Assembly: GCF_009834535.1 (NCBI RefSeq)
Contig: NC_045696.1
Location: forward strand, 27,344,001-27,408,000
Direction of reading: 5' to 3'
From: Camelus ferus
Taxonomy: Eukaryota
Length of the DNA: 64,000 bases
Part shown: piece by piece, positions 13,245 to 24,732 of the stretch
Position numbering within the stretch: position 1 is the stretch's first letter
Layout of the letters: each line of letters opens with the position of its first letter
Notes under the pieces: generated by a model
Databases searched by the model: none
Seen by the model: the letters and a program-made list of their open reading frames with translations, nothing else
What the model was told of the DNA's origin: nothing
Program-made: the position numbers and the translations under genes

Positions 13245-13736
13245 TTTTGTTTGTTTGTTTTAACATTTTTTATTGAGTTATAGTCATTTTACAATGTTGT
13301 GGTAAATTCCAGTGTAGAGCACAATTTTTCACTTATACATGAACGTACATATATTCATTGTCACATTTTTTTTCTGCTGTGAGCAGAAGACCTTGTATAT
13401 ATTTCCCTGTGCTATACAGTGTAATCCTGTTTATCTATTCTGTATATGCCTGTCAGTATCTACAAATTTTGAAATTCCAGTCTGTCCCTTCCCACCCCCC
13501 GCCCCTTTGGCAACCACAAGTTTGTATTCTATGTCTATGAGTCTGTTTCTGTTTTGTATTTATGTACATTTTTTTTTGATTCCACATATGAGTGATCTCA
13601 TATGGTATTTTTCTTTCTCTTTCTGGCTTACCTCACTTAGAATGAGATTCTCCAGGGACATCCATGTTGCTGCAAATGGCATTATATTGTCTTTTTTATG
13701 GCTGAATAGTATTCCACTGTATAAATATACCACATC
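13245..13736 (-). mobile_element. Young camelid-type L1 3' end, ~490 bp
   Basis: (TTTG)n tail and a 3'UTR closely matching 50414-50719, then the L1 ORF2-end motif 'ggtatttttctttctctttctggcttacctcacttagaatga...atccatgttgctgcaaatggcatt'. Confidence 0.9.
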
Positions 13737-14022
13737 AATGTTTCAACATCTCTTTAAAAAATATGTTTCCAAAATAAAATGGTGAAAAAAAAAAGTATTT
13801 CATGGAGCTAATACACTATGATTTTTCTGACTGACAAATTTGGACAGGAATGAAAAAAAATTCATGATGGTTGGGTTTATATTACACTTAGTATGTTGTA
13901 CTAGATAATCTCATAAAGTCATCCTTTTTCATTATTTATGTCTTCCTCCTCTACTCACCTGTAGCAAACTGTATCTGGCACAAGGAGTACACAGAAATGT
14001 TGGTTGCTATCTTTATTACACA

Positions 14023-14525
14023 TGACAGGGTCAGAACACACTACCCCAAATACGGCACACTGAATATTTTAAGATGAAGGAATTGAGAAATGGCAGGTAG
14101 AAGAAGGACCTTCTGATCTCCTCTTCCTCCCTCTAAGAAGGTCATAGGCCCTCATGTGAGAGGCACCCCCTGTATCTAGAGGGAAGGAGCATCCTTATCA
14201 TTGAAGACAGAGGGCCACTGAGGGGAACCTGAGTGAATAGGCTTGCTTTTTTTTCATCCATTTTACTGTCTGTCGCTCACAACCTTTTGTCCTATAATGT
14301 TTTTCCATGACTTTCTACTTTTCATCAAACCGTACATAAAAGGCTCAGATTTAACTGCTTCTTTAAGTTTTCATTTCCTTATGAGGGCTCTTGTGACATG
14401 TAAAACTCATCTTAAATAAATGTGTATGCCTTTCTCCTGTTAATCTGCCTTTTCAGTCCACTCTACAGGGCACCAGCCAGAGAACACAGGAGGGAAGTAG
14501 GAAAAACAATTTTTCCTCTCCTACA
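14023..14525 (+). mobile_element. ERV1-class solo LTR (MER34/MER39-like)
   Basis: TG...CA termini ('tgacagggtcagaacacactaccccaaatacggcac' ... 'tttttcctctcctaca'), AATAAA near 14415, and a 4-bp TSD caca (14019-14022 and 14526-14529), the length typical of ERV1. Confidence 0.8.
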
Positions 14526-16589
14526 CACACCTTATTAGTTTTAGGACTGAATTGCTTTAATATTTAAGTATGCAACATTAATAATTATAATAACAATATT
14601 TAATATTAAGTTTAATTTCCATCTTGGAATCCTCACAAAGCTTCTATGTCTTGTTTATCTGTGGACAGCTGGGGTCTGGCACTGTTTTTTTCATAGTAAT
14701 GACCTAAATACATAATTTTTTGAATAAACAAAATAATCCCATTTCATCCCTAAAATAATCCTGGGAGGTGTGCTCATTTTCTAAGTTAAGAATTTTGCCC
14801 AAGAAATTATAGCTAGTATGTGGCAGACAGAGCCTAACCTTAGGTGTGTCAAATTCCACAGCCAGGTCCTTTCCATTTACCTATTCACTATCATTTATAG
14901 TTCAGCTTTGATACTACACATGGTCATAAAAACTGCAACAATCAAAAGTAATTACATAATTTAAATATTCCCACCATTTTTAATATTTTCAAGGGTCATG
15001 ATAATCCTTTAAGCTAAGCTTAAATAAAAACACTCCTTTAAATGTTCTATGTTTTAATGTAATAGATACTTTCTAAAACAATCTTCAATAAAAAATGATA
15101 ATTTATCCCTTGAAAATATCAGAGGAAGCACACTTGAACTTGTATAACCTGATAAGCATTTATTTTTATAAAACAAATTAAAAAAAATGAATATGCCATT
15201 CAGATTTTGCCCCTTGCTCATGAAAAGTCTAAAGACTATCACCATTAATGCTAACAGTCTCCAGAGTGTGTCTATTTACTCTGCATAGGTGAAAACATTC
15301 AGAAATGACCTTCTACTCACCTTGCAAAGTGTCAATGACATGAAAATGTATTCGGTATTTACCGTTTAATAAACTTCTGCCAAATGTGTATTTAGTCACT
15401 ATCCATTGGTAATTTGAAAATATTCTTCAAAGTAAATCATGAAACTTATAATTTTAATATATTGGAGTGGCTGTTTTCCAATTTTTCTAGTATTAGTATT
15501 TGACATTTCTGATTCTTGTGTATCATACACTTTGAAGAAATCCACTATGGGTATGTATCCCTTTGTACAGGGTGCCAATTTGTAGCCATCATAAAACAAA
15601 GCTGATTAACTGGTAAACCAGCCAATAACTACCTTTTGGACAGCTTAACCTAATAGAAGTTTTCCACTAAATTACCCAGGTGAATACAAACCTTGGACAA
15701 TTACATCCCACTAGCTCATGTGAGTAATTGCTAGGGTGGAAAATTGTAGCAAGTATGAAGGTACAGATGTTCCTTTTCAGATGACCAAACGAAATAAGGG
15801 GAAAATGTTCTTTTCCATGCCAAATTCTACTTATATAATACATTTTGCTCTATTGCCACTTTTCTATGAAAGACATCTCTTCATATTTCTAAAATATAAG
15901 TAAAATAACTAAAATAAAACGGGACAGGTGAGACTATTAAATCATGCCCCAAAGGGTTGCAGTTACTTTCTTTGAATTAGCACTTCATTCAATATCCCAC
16001 AATGTAGTCACTACTCTGCACAAGGAGGCAAAGTTACAGGAAAAGTAGCAATGGTACGTTCCCTTAAATACGGGTAAAGATTGTTCTTCAACTTGCTGAG
16101 AACGCAATGCAAGTTATCCCAGCTTCAAAGCATTCAGAACTTTTCTAACAAGCTTGCTTTGTTTTCTCTGATGCTCCTTCATGCTACTTCGCTATCCTTG
16201 AGTCTTCTGGCCCCAGTTTTGCTCTTTGCAGTTGTTTACTGCAGAATTATTGTCTGCGAACCATTTTTGGCCTTCTATTAAGAAGTGTTTCTTTTTGTTT
16301 TTTCCTCCTCTTAGCCACCTTAGCTATGTTTTTAGTCAGTTTCTGCCGAGGTCTATGGACAGAGCATTCCAACAGCTCCCTGAATTGTTGAGAGCTTAGC
16401 ATCTCACTTCACAGGACTGAGAGTAGCCAAGTACAGAGCACAGAACTTTCCATTTATGTTCAATCTACACTTCTGAATTTAAGACTGATTTATGGGTTTT
16501 TATATCCTATGGTTATATGTTACATTATGTTATATTATATCATAGCATGTTATATCTATTTTTTTTTAATTGTCTCTTTTCCCCACCTG

Positions 16590-16688
16590 TCTACTGTCCC
16601 AAGAAAGCGTTTGTCCACAGCACCCAGAATAGCACCGAGGACACAGTAGGCAGTGAGTATTGTGCAGTGAATGACTGAATGAATGAAC
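16590..16688 (+). mobile_element. L2 3' end
   Basis: 'cacagcacccagaatagcaccgaggacacagtaggcag...gaatgactgaatgaatgaa' has the L2 tail and (GAAT)n. Confidence 0.7.
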
Positions 16689-16897
16689 TATACATCCCCC
16701 ATCAGGCACTCCTCTGTGTGAGAAATCCTTTAATAGTGTTTCCATGGGGAATTAGCCCTCAGTGGCCTTTAATACAATTCTATAAACAACAAGTAAACCT
16801 TTTATTATTACTGGCAAAAAATACACTCACCTGCTGACATTGGTATTTTCCTCTGCAAATTTATTTATATTAAGCTAGACTGTATAAATCTGGATAG

Positions 16898-17160
16898 AAC
16901 AGTGTTTAAGAGCAGGGACCCTGGAGCCAGACTGCCTGTGTGAGAAACTTGGCTCTGCTGCCTACTTAATATATGACTTTGGACAAGTTGCTTAACTGTT
17001 TTATGCCTGAATTTCCTCACATATAAAAGAGGAAGAATGAAACAGGGGTTGATAATAAAAACTCTTCCAGAGAATTGTGAGGATTAAATAAGTTACAACG
17101 TGTGACACACTAAAATAGTGCCCAATACACTGAATGATAGCTACAAATACTAGCTAGCTA
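16898..17160 (+). mobile_element. Near full-length MIR
   Basis: 'agtgtttaagagcagggaccctggagccagactgcctg...tgactttggacaagttgcttaac...tttcctcacatataaaa...tgtgaggattaaataagtta'. Confidence 0.9.
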
Positions 17161-17552
17161 TCATAGTTACTATCAATGTAGTTGCATGTTCTGCTTAATA
17201 AATGAGTGGATGCTGTTTCTAGGATAATTACTATTATTATTAATCCCACTGGGAGATTGGTTAAATTGAATTGGACCTTAACAGGTTGACTGTTTTTAGG
17301 TAGACAGTAAAATTTGTTTATTGATTATGGAAAGTTGTGGACCAAACTCCTGGTATGTGCTAACCCAATTAGAATATAGGTAAATTATGTAGTCATCTTT
17401 GGCTATTAATTAAAACAGCATCAGCCACATCTTTATATAAATAAGCTATCTTAATTCATTCCACTTAAACATTAACTTCTAATGAAAGGCAGGCAAGGTT
17501 TAAGAAAAAGTATATAGCAATGTCAATTGGAGAAAGATTTAAAAATGTGGGT

Positions 17553-18095
17553 CAGTGTTGGTGGGAATGTAATTTAGTGCAGCCACTCTGGAAAACAGTA
17601 TGGAGATTCCTTAAAAAACTGAAAATAGATTTACCATATGACCTAGCAATCTCACTCCTGGGCATATATCCAGAAGAGACCTTAATTCAAAAAGATGCCT
17701 GCACCCTAGTGTTCATAGTAGCACTATTTACAATAGCCAAAGCATGGAAGTAACTTAAGTGTCCATTGACAGATGAATGGATAAAGATACATATATATAT
17801 ATATATATATAAAACGTAATATTATTCAGCCGGAAAAAAAAATAATGCCATTTGTAGCAACATGAATGGAGATTATCATATTAAGTAAGTCAGAAAGAGA
17901 AAGACAGATACTATATGATATCATTTATATGTGGAATCTTAAAAAAAATGACACAAATGAATTTATTTACAACAGAAACAGACTTACAGACATGGAAAAC
18001 AAACTTATGGGTACCAAAGGAGTTTGAGATTTCAATATCCTGTAATTACCTATATGAATGGTTATTACAATAAAAAGAATATGAAAAAGAAAAAA
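17553..18095 (+). mobile_element. L1 ORF2 C-terminus and 3'UTR remnant
   Basis: ORF 17520-17753 encodes [29 protein letters not shown]...LLGIYP...FTIAK, the L1 ORF2p C-terminal region. It has an in-frame stop, internal deletions and an A-rich end. Confidence 0.95.
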
Positions 18096-18789
18096 CTGAG
18101 GATCAAAAGACATACTGAAATAGAAAAAATGGAAGGCTCATGAAGACGTAGTGTGTGCCACAATTTTCCCCGGTGCAAACACACCACAAATGTCATCTGG
18201 TGCCACATCATCATTTTTATTACTATTATTATTTAAATGGAGAGACACAATTCTAACCAAAATTCCTTATATTTGTTTGTATTTAAGTCATGTGTTACTG
18301 GTGTAACCAAATCAAACCTGCACTCACGGAATTAACTGCACATATCAAATACTCTTTAGTGATTATTTCTTTTTCATAGTACTTAATTTAAAAGAAAAGT
18401 CAAAATAAAAACTTTTGCTTACTTTCTATAAAAAGCACTTATTTTCACGTGTCATTGATTTGTCACTAAGACTTGAATGTCACAGCTGTACGTTAGAGCA
18501 ACACATTAAAATAAGATACAACGGCCAAAATGTAAAATACCTTAGATGCTGAAAAAAATACTATGTAAAGTAACTGGGGCTCAGTTTATTTTCCTCATGG
18601 TGCCATTTTTGTCTTTCTACTTGTCTACTTTTTCTACTCCATATGCATGTATGACCATATCTCTCCATTAAATACAAACAGCCTGTCAAACTTTTCTTAA
18701 ATGCACTATCATATCTTATTCCTTCTTCCACTGCCAAACATTGTTCAGGTTGAGACACACCATCTAAGCTGCTTCTGTCCTCATCCTAT

Positions 18790-19440
18790 TGGAACTCTTC
18801 TCAATTTAGATTTCAAAAATCTCTTAATTGCCCTGATTAGAAAGCCTTTTTTCAGGTTCTGTCCTACTTGATTACTGTTTTGCAGAATTTGTCTGTGTTG
18901 ACCACTGCCCCATCCTGCCACACCACTTTCTTCAGCCCACCACAGTCTTTTCTGCTGCTTTTCTTTCCATGTCTCCAGCTGCTCCTTCTTGGTCTTCTTT
19001 ATGGCTGTCCTTTTTAAGGTTCTTTTTTCTCTTCCTTTTTTGTTAAATACTCTTCTTGACTCCATATTATTCAACCATATGATTGAATAATTCTCTACTG
19101 TCTTTGTGTGGAAAGCTTCAGTATCTATAATCTGGCCCAGAATTTCCTCCCAAGTGCTAAACCAATAATGCCTTTTTCATCATACATAACCATTTGGATG
19201 CCTCACAAGATTGAATCCTAAATACACATGGTCTTCGTCAATACCACTTCTCTTAAAAAAATAAATAACAATAACCACTTCTATTCCTTGAATAGCTCAG
19301 TATATGAGTACACTGAGAAATTCTAGAGTCAACATGGAATCCTTGCTCTATATCAGCTCAATATTCAAATAGTCAAACTTACCACAATTTTACCCCCAGG
19401 TGTCTTCTCTTCAACCCCAAATTCACATATTAAATCATAT
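18790..19440 (+). mobile_element. Degenerate L2 fragment
   Basis: Pyrimidine-rich tract with L2-like phrases ('tatctataatctggcccagaatttcctcc', 'catttggatgcctcacaag', 'aattctagagtcaac'). Confidence 0.45.
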
Positions 19441-19651
19441 CCTAGCCACTCTGTTTGTCTAGATTAACTCTGTGAGTTTAATTCAATCTAGATGGACTCA
19501 AAAAGTATACAATATAACCCCAGATGGATATATAAACTCTCTAGAAAGGTAAAGTAATGGATATAGTTTGAAATAGTTTCCTACATGATTCTAACATAAC
19601 ATACCACTCTTCTCTATTGTTTTCTCTGTGCTCAGAATTGAAATCAATCTT

Positions 19652-19789
19652 TATTATTATTTTTTGGGGGGAGCAGGAGGTAATTAGGTTTACTTATTTA
19701 TTTTATTTGTAAAAGGGGTACTGGAGATTGAACCCAGGACCTTGTGTATGCTAAAATTGCGCTCTTCCACTTGAGCTATACCCTCCTCC
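19652..19789 (-). mobile_element. tRNA-Ala-derived camelid SINE (Vic-1-like)
   Basis: The reverse complement reads GGAGGAGGGTATAGCTCAAGTGGAAGAGCGC...GGTCCTGGGTTCAATCTCCAGTACC (pol III A and B boxes) plus an 'aaacctaattacctcc' tail. TSD ttgaaat(c/g)aatctt at 19638-19651 and 19790-19803. Confidence 0.9.
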
Positions 19790-19814
19790 TTGAAATGAAT
19801 CTTCTAATCCCTTT

Positions 19815-19960
19815 ATGTGGTTCTTATCCTTGACTTCACACTAAAATCCTTAGAAAAATTCAAATATATGGGTCCCACATTCAGAGATTCAGAAGTAAGT
19901 TTAAGTTTTCTAGGATGCAACCTGTTATTTCCAATACATAGCCAAAGTTGAGAACCTCTC
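19815..19960. mobile_element. MER5-like hAT DNA transposon
   Basis: Ends 'gtggttcttatccttgac' and 'agccaaagttgagaacc' with internal 'cccacattcagagattc'. Confidence 0.6.
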
Positions 19961-20344
19961 TTCTAACCCAATAACATCTAAAAGGAGTGAGCAATATTCC
20001 AGGTCTATATCTAACAACCCATTGGTATAGGATATTAATAGAAATTCTATTGATATGTAGTTTTTAATCTAATCCTTAAATTTTTAATAAAATTTCATAT
20101 GATGCTTAAGAATGTACATAATACCTTAGCATCGGTATAAAGTAGTACACAGTATACACATTTACAAAAATTGTAGTGTACCTCAAGTATTTGTTACTAA
20201 ACAGGCATGTAAAAACTTAGAAGTTGAAATCCTTTCCCGTAAACTCTGTAACGTGCCATTTCCCAATGCGCTGTGCAAACAGGTCTCCTTTGACCCCACC
20301 TCTCATCCCGTTAGGTCAGGTAATTATTCTGCTGCAGTTATCTT

Positions 20345-20890
20345 CTGAAACACCAAATATGATCCCTGTCACTCCCTGGCTTTAAAATCTCTGTTGACTC
20401 CAAGTTGCCTTGTTTAACTCCGAGTTGAAAGTTTAACTAAGAGAACTATAAAAAAATCAGCAAAAATTCTCAGCAGGGCTGGCAAGCACCTTCACAGGGT
20501 CTCTTCAAGCTCTATAGCCTCATTTCTACCCTTCCATATCCTATGCTGCAGTATTTGCTCCCTTATCCAAATATGCCATGTCTCTGTTCACATTTGCTTC
20601 ACTCAGTCTACAATGGTCATTTCCTTCCTTCTACCTGGTAAACCTCCATTTAATCTGCAAAAGACAATTAAAACAGAGCTCTTCTCTCAAATATTCCAGG
20701 ATTCCTCTAGACAGCATTAATTAAATGTCTACTAGAGTATTTATCACATTACACTGCAATTATTATCATACATATTGGTTTGTTCCTATTAAATATTGAG
20801 ATCTTCCAGGACTACAATTGACTTATTCATTTATATATTTTCCCAATATTTGGCACAGAGCCAAGTACACAATAATGGCTTAATATGTAT
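20345..20890 (+). mobile_element. L2 fragment
   Basis: 'caaatatgatccctgtcactccctggctttaaaatctc' ... 'tttggcacagagccaagtacacaataa'. Confidence 0.65.
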
Positions 20891-21854
20891 CTGGTAAATC
20901 ATTCAGTTTTTCAATAAGTATTGATTGATTGCCTACTATGCACCAGGCACTCATGTAGGCACTGTGGAAATAACAATAAACAATTAATTCCTGAATAAAT
21001 AAATGAATAGATAATGCATTTGAAAAGTGAATGTTGTTTGTTATAAAGAAAATCTGAAGAAAAATAGCCATTACTAAAACAAATAAAAAAAAGTAGCTCA
21101 ACCTTTACTGCAGACACAAGAGTTTATCTGCACAATTAATTTTTTTCTTTCTCGTAATGGGAATTCACTATTAATAATAGCTCTAAACACCTACTGCACA
21201 ATGATTAATTATTTTTGTAATAGCAATCCTAAGGAAATTGAAGATTAAATTATGTCTATTTTAGTCTTAGGTTCTTCTGTATTTCTGATATTCTTACTGC
21301 AGGAAAAATTCAGACAATAGAATAAAAGTACTAGAAGACATAAATTCATTACTTTACAGATGAAAAAAACAGATTCAAAGACGTAAAATGCCTCACTTTA
21401 GGTCACGCAAGTAGTTAATGGGCTGTAAACCACCGGTGTAAATCACACCTCCAAAGACTGCGCTCCTTGCAACATACCAAACTGACTTCTCACTTGGTAA
21501 ACCAGGCTATCTGGCACTAGATTAAATCGTGCGGAATTACACTTCACTATCCAAGAAACAGAATGTTATTATGAATAAAACACTGTTCCTCATTGTTTAA
21601 ATGTAGTGAAACTTGAGAAATGCAAAACATTATCAATGGCTCTATGAAATATTAACTGGCTTTGAACTAACTCAGGTTTTTAAGCATCTTGACACAAGGA
21701 TGATTGCTAGGGAATGGTGCCTAATTAATCAGAGAAAAAGACATTTTAAATAATAGGTTTATAATTCCTTAAATATGCTAAAATATGTAAGCATTATTAG
21801 TATATAACAATTGTAACCAAAACATTTTTAACTAGTTATATAGAGGTAAGTGGT

Positions 21855-22040
21855 GTCGTTTAGGTTGAGAGTGAATTCAGGGTCAAACTACTCACTTACT
21901 ACTCAATGCTTGATTTCCTTATCTATAGAATAGGGATGATAATAGTCATTATTAATTGCTATAACTAAACGAGATTGCTCATGTGAGGCCTAAACATCAT
22001 TGCTGGCACATTCTAAAACACTTAATAAAGGTTAACCATA
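21855..22040 (+). mobile_element. MIR fragment
   Basis: 'tttccttatctatagaatagggatgataatagt...ctggcacattctaaaacacttaataaa'. Confidence 0.65.
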
Positions 22041-22945
22041 ATTAGTTTTATGATTAAACACATAAGAAGCCAGTATCAACTAGCAGTAAAGAGCACAGGT
22101 GTTAAGTTCAGACAGGCATCAATTTAAAACTCTAAAGTTCAAAATGTTGAACTGTAAGGAAATACACATTATATTTCTAAGGAAACATATTACAGTCTAA
22201 GCATACAAGGTGTGATTACTACACACTTGTGACTTACTAACTCATAATAACAACACATGAAATTAATCTGGGAAAATTTAGCTATCAACTTAATGGTGAA
22301 TTGGGGAAAAAAAGAAGGTTGAAGTTCTTATGGTCTAAGGAATAAAATAAATGTATATTGGATTTGTCCAAGAACTAGTGGCAAAAATAATCCTTTTTCC
22401 CTCCTTTCCATTTCATTAGGTAGACTTATTACAGTTTGACTCTACATACACATTATATTGCATGTAAACACATATATACAGTATACTGCACTTTTTTTAG
22501 TTTACATATATGTACTAATTATTGTTTCTAAGAACAGATTAGATCTTTAGCTTTTTAAACTTACATAGTTATCAAAGGAATAAAGCCAACTACAAAATAA
22601 GAATCAACAATGTGGTAATCAATCATAAAGGACAGTCACATGTGCTTACACAAATTCAAGAAATCAAAATAACAATAATAATCAAAATAAAAATATTCTT
22701 ATAAAATTTCTTTTGTATAGGTTACAACTTGTCCTGGATATTAGATCATCTTTATTCCTTAATCCTTTATAAGATAATTCTAGATGCTGTTAGACATTGG
22801 CAACTATCAGCGTTACTTATTCAATAACTTAGAAAAGTTTATCTTTTCCCTGGGCTTCATTTTCTCAACTATAATGAGAACATCTTCATCTAGACAATTA
22901 CTACATTTTCTTCCTATTGTATAATACTACAAAAATTACTAAGGC

Positions 22946-23070
22946 AGGACCACCATGGATAGCTGAGTAGCTTATTCACTTTACAAGCACACCCAGCAAA
23001 GGGAGTGAGTAGGTCTGAAATGTAGCTTGAACTTCATTTTCCAAGCTGTGCTCAGGATATGACAGTGTGT
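22946..23070. mobile_element. MER91-like hAT-Tip100 element
   Basis: 'caggaccaccatggatagctgagtagcttattcactttacaag...ggtctgaaatgtagc...ccaagctgtgc' resembles the recalled MER91 consensus. Confidence 0.5.
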
Positions 23071-23784
23071 TTTTTTCATAAATTTCAAAGATATAAAGTT
23101 TAAGATTATAATCCTACATTAAAGTGTTTGTGTTTATAAACACATTACAATAAATCACTTTTAGAGATTTATTTCTCATTCTTTCAATCTGTTAAAGTAA
23201 TTAACTGACATTTCTCAGTCCTTTTCTTTAATTTCTGTATTTACTCCCTTTCTATTAGAAAACAGTGCAATGTGGAAACGTTAACCACATTTAAAGTAGA
23301 CACGCTCTCTTGGTAAGGCTCCAAGTTCTCAACTTGCTATCGTCCGTGATAAACTATCATCTCCTTTTACTACCTCACTCCCCTGGAAACACTGAACTGT
23401 GGGTTGTTTTTTGATAACTTTTTCTTACCAGTCTTTGCCTTCTCCTTCCTACTCTTCATACAGACCTGTCTTGTGTGCTTGCCAATTAGACACATCCTAC
23501 AAATTCTGCACATTTCAACTCTTCCTTATTTTAAGATAAATAAGGAAATTCTTTCTCATTTATTAGCACTTTCCCTTTTACAATATGGCTTGAGATTAAC
23601 CTGATTCCAATGATTCCAACACTTTCTTAAACCTATGACTTCCCCATCTGTCCATGTTACGTTTGCATTGTAGCAATGTAACAGTGGATATTTATTCTCT
23701 GTGTACTTACATTCATTTAGCTTTGTCTTGAAAATCCTAATGAGTATATAAATGCCCTTTTCAAATCACGGATATTTTATTTAC

Positions 23785-23826
23785 CTTCCTTCTTGGCTCA
23801 TCAGAGGTCACAAAGAGGGCTGCTGG
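23785..23826 (-). other. Candidate 42-nt exon
   Basis: 'ctgattttgatttgcttttgaaaag|CCAGCAGCCC...AGAAGGAAG|gtaaat'. Purine-rich, ESE-like 3' half. Confidence 0.35.
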
Positions 23827-24374
23827 CTTTTCAAAAGCAAATCAAAATCAGAATCAGTACTTTTTACAGGTGCCATTGAAAACTGCTTCTCATTATAAAA
23901 CTCTCAACAAGAGTACACAAATTAAATGAATGTGAACAACATTTATTTTGAAAAAAACAAAATCAGTCAAGAGAAACAGATAAGAGCACAAGTCTTATTG
24001 TCAAATTTCCAGGTTTGAAGTCAGTTCCATGACTTAATTGCTTTTCTCTGCTTTTTTTCAATTTTATCCTTAAGATGAGGGTAACTGCTTATCCCTTTCC
24101 TCTTTTGAAAAGTAGAGTCAATAGTAATGTCTATCACATAAGTTTGACATGCATGTAACTTGGAAAGGTGGTATTATTATGGTCACATATTATGTAATTA
24201 AGTTTAATATGGCCAATAATTATATTTATTTCTGATATGAAAAACACATGTATGAGTGTTTTATAAAATAGGTTTCAGTGAATTTCAGGAACTATTTCTT
24301 GATCGTATTTTTAAAGTCATTGTAAATTGAATACTTGGTATGTTTCAAGATGATGCTATGTATTTCATATCAGC

Positions 24375-24545
24375 ATTTAGTTTTATCCTCATGGTACCCC
24401 TACGATACTGGTATTAAAATGGTATTACACTATTTTACAAATATGAGATCTGAGTTCTCAGAGAAGTTAAGCAACTCATCCAAGGTCACGCAGTTAGTAA
24501 GTGAAGCCAGAATCTGAACTTAAGTTTGTGCAATTCCAAAGCTGA
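24375..24545 (-). mobile_element. MIR
   Basis: 'attttacaaatatgagatctgagttctcagagaagttaagcaactcatccaaggtcacgcagttagtaagtgaagccagaatctgaac'. Confidence 0.85.
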
Positions 24546-24557
24546 AACTCCTGAGCT

Positions 24558-24732
24558 AGTGCCCTCAAAATTTAGCTCACATCAGAATCACTAGATGGCT
24601 TGATAAAACATAGATTGCTGGCACCCATGCTCAGGGTTTTTTGATTCAATTACTCTAGTATAGGACCTCCGAATTTGATTTCTAGTAAGCTCCCAGGTGC
24701 TAGCTGAAAAAACCAGACTTTGAGAATCACCG
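24558..24732. mobile_element. MER5A hAT-Charlie element
   Basis: 'ctcaaaatttagctcacatcagaatcac...aaaacatagattgctggcaccc...ttctagtaagctcccaggtg...actttgagaatcac'. Confidence 0.8.

Noticed and set aside
13339..13785. 148-aa hydrophobic ORF (and the similar 50459-50758 and 38204-38506)
   Set aside because: These are antisense readings of L1 3' ends.
15321..15425. Minus-strand AAG|gtgagt donor preceded by a ~34-codon open frame (..WIVTKYTFGRSLLNGKYRIHFHVIDTLQ)
   Set aside because: The acceptor is weak and the peptide is unrecognisable. Isolated donors are common by chance.
16831..16852. 22-nt minus-strand micro-exon with a CAG|gtgagt donor
   Set aside because: The acceptor lacks a pyrimidine tract (aaataaatttgcag).
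19720..19789. tRNA gene
   Set aside because: It has a SINE tail, TSDs and a degenerate cloverleaf, so it is a SINE rather than a tRNA. The same applies to 57240-57310.
22570..22592. Resemblance of TGGCTTTATTCCTTTG (minus strand) to miR-135
   Set aside because: Several mismatches or indels against mature miR-135, and no complementary arm.
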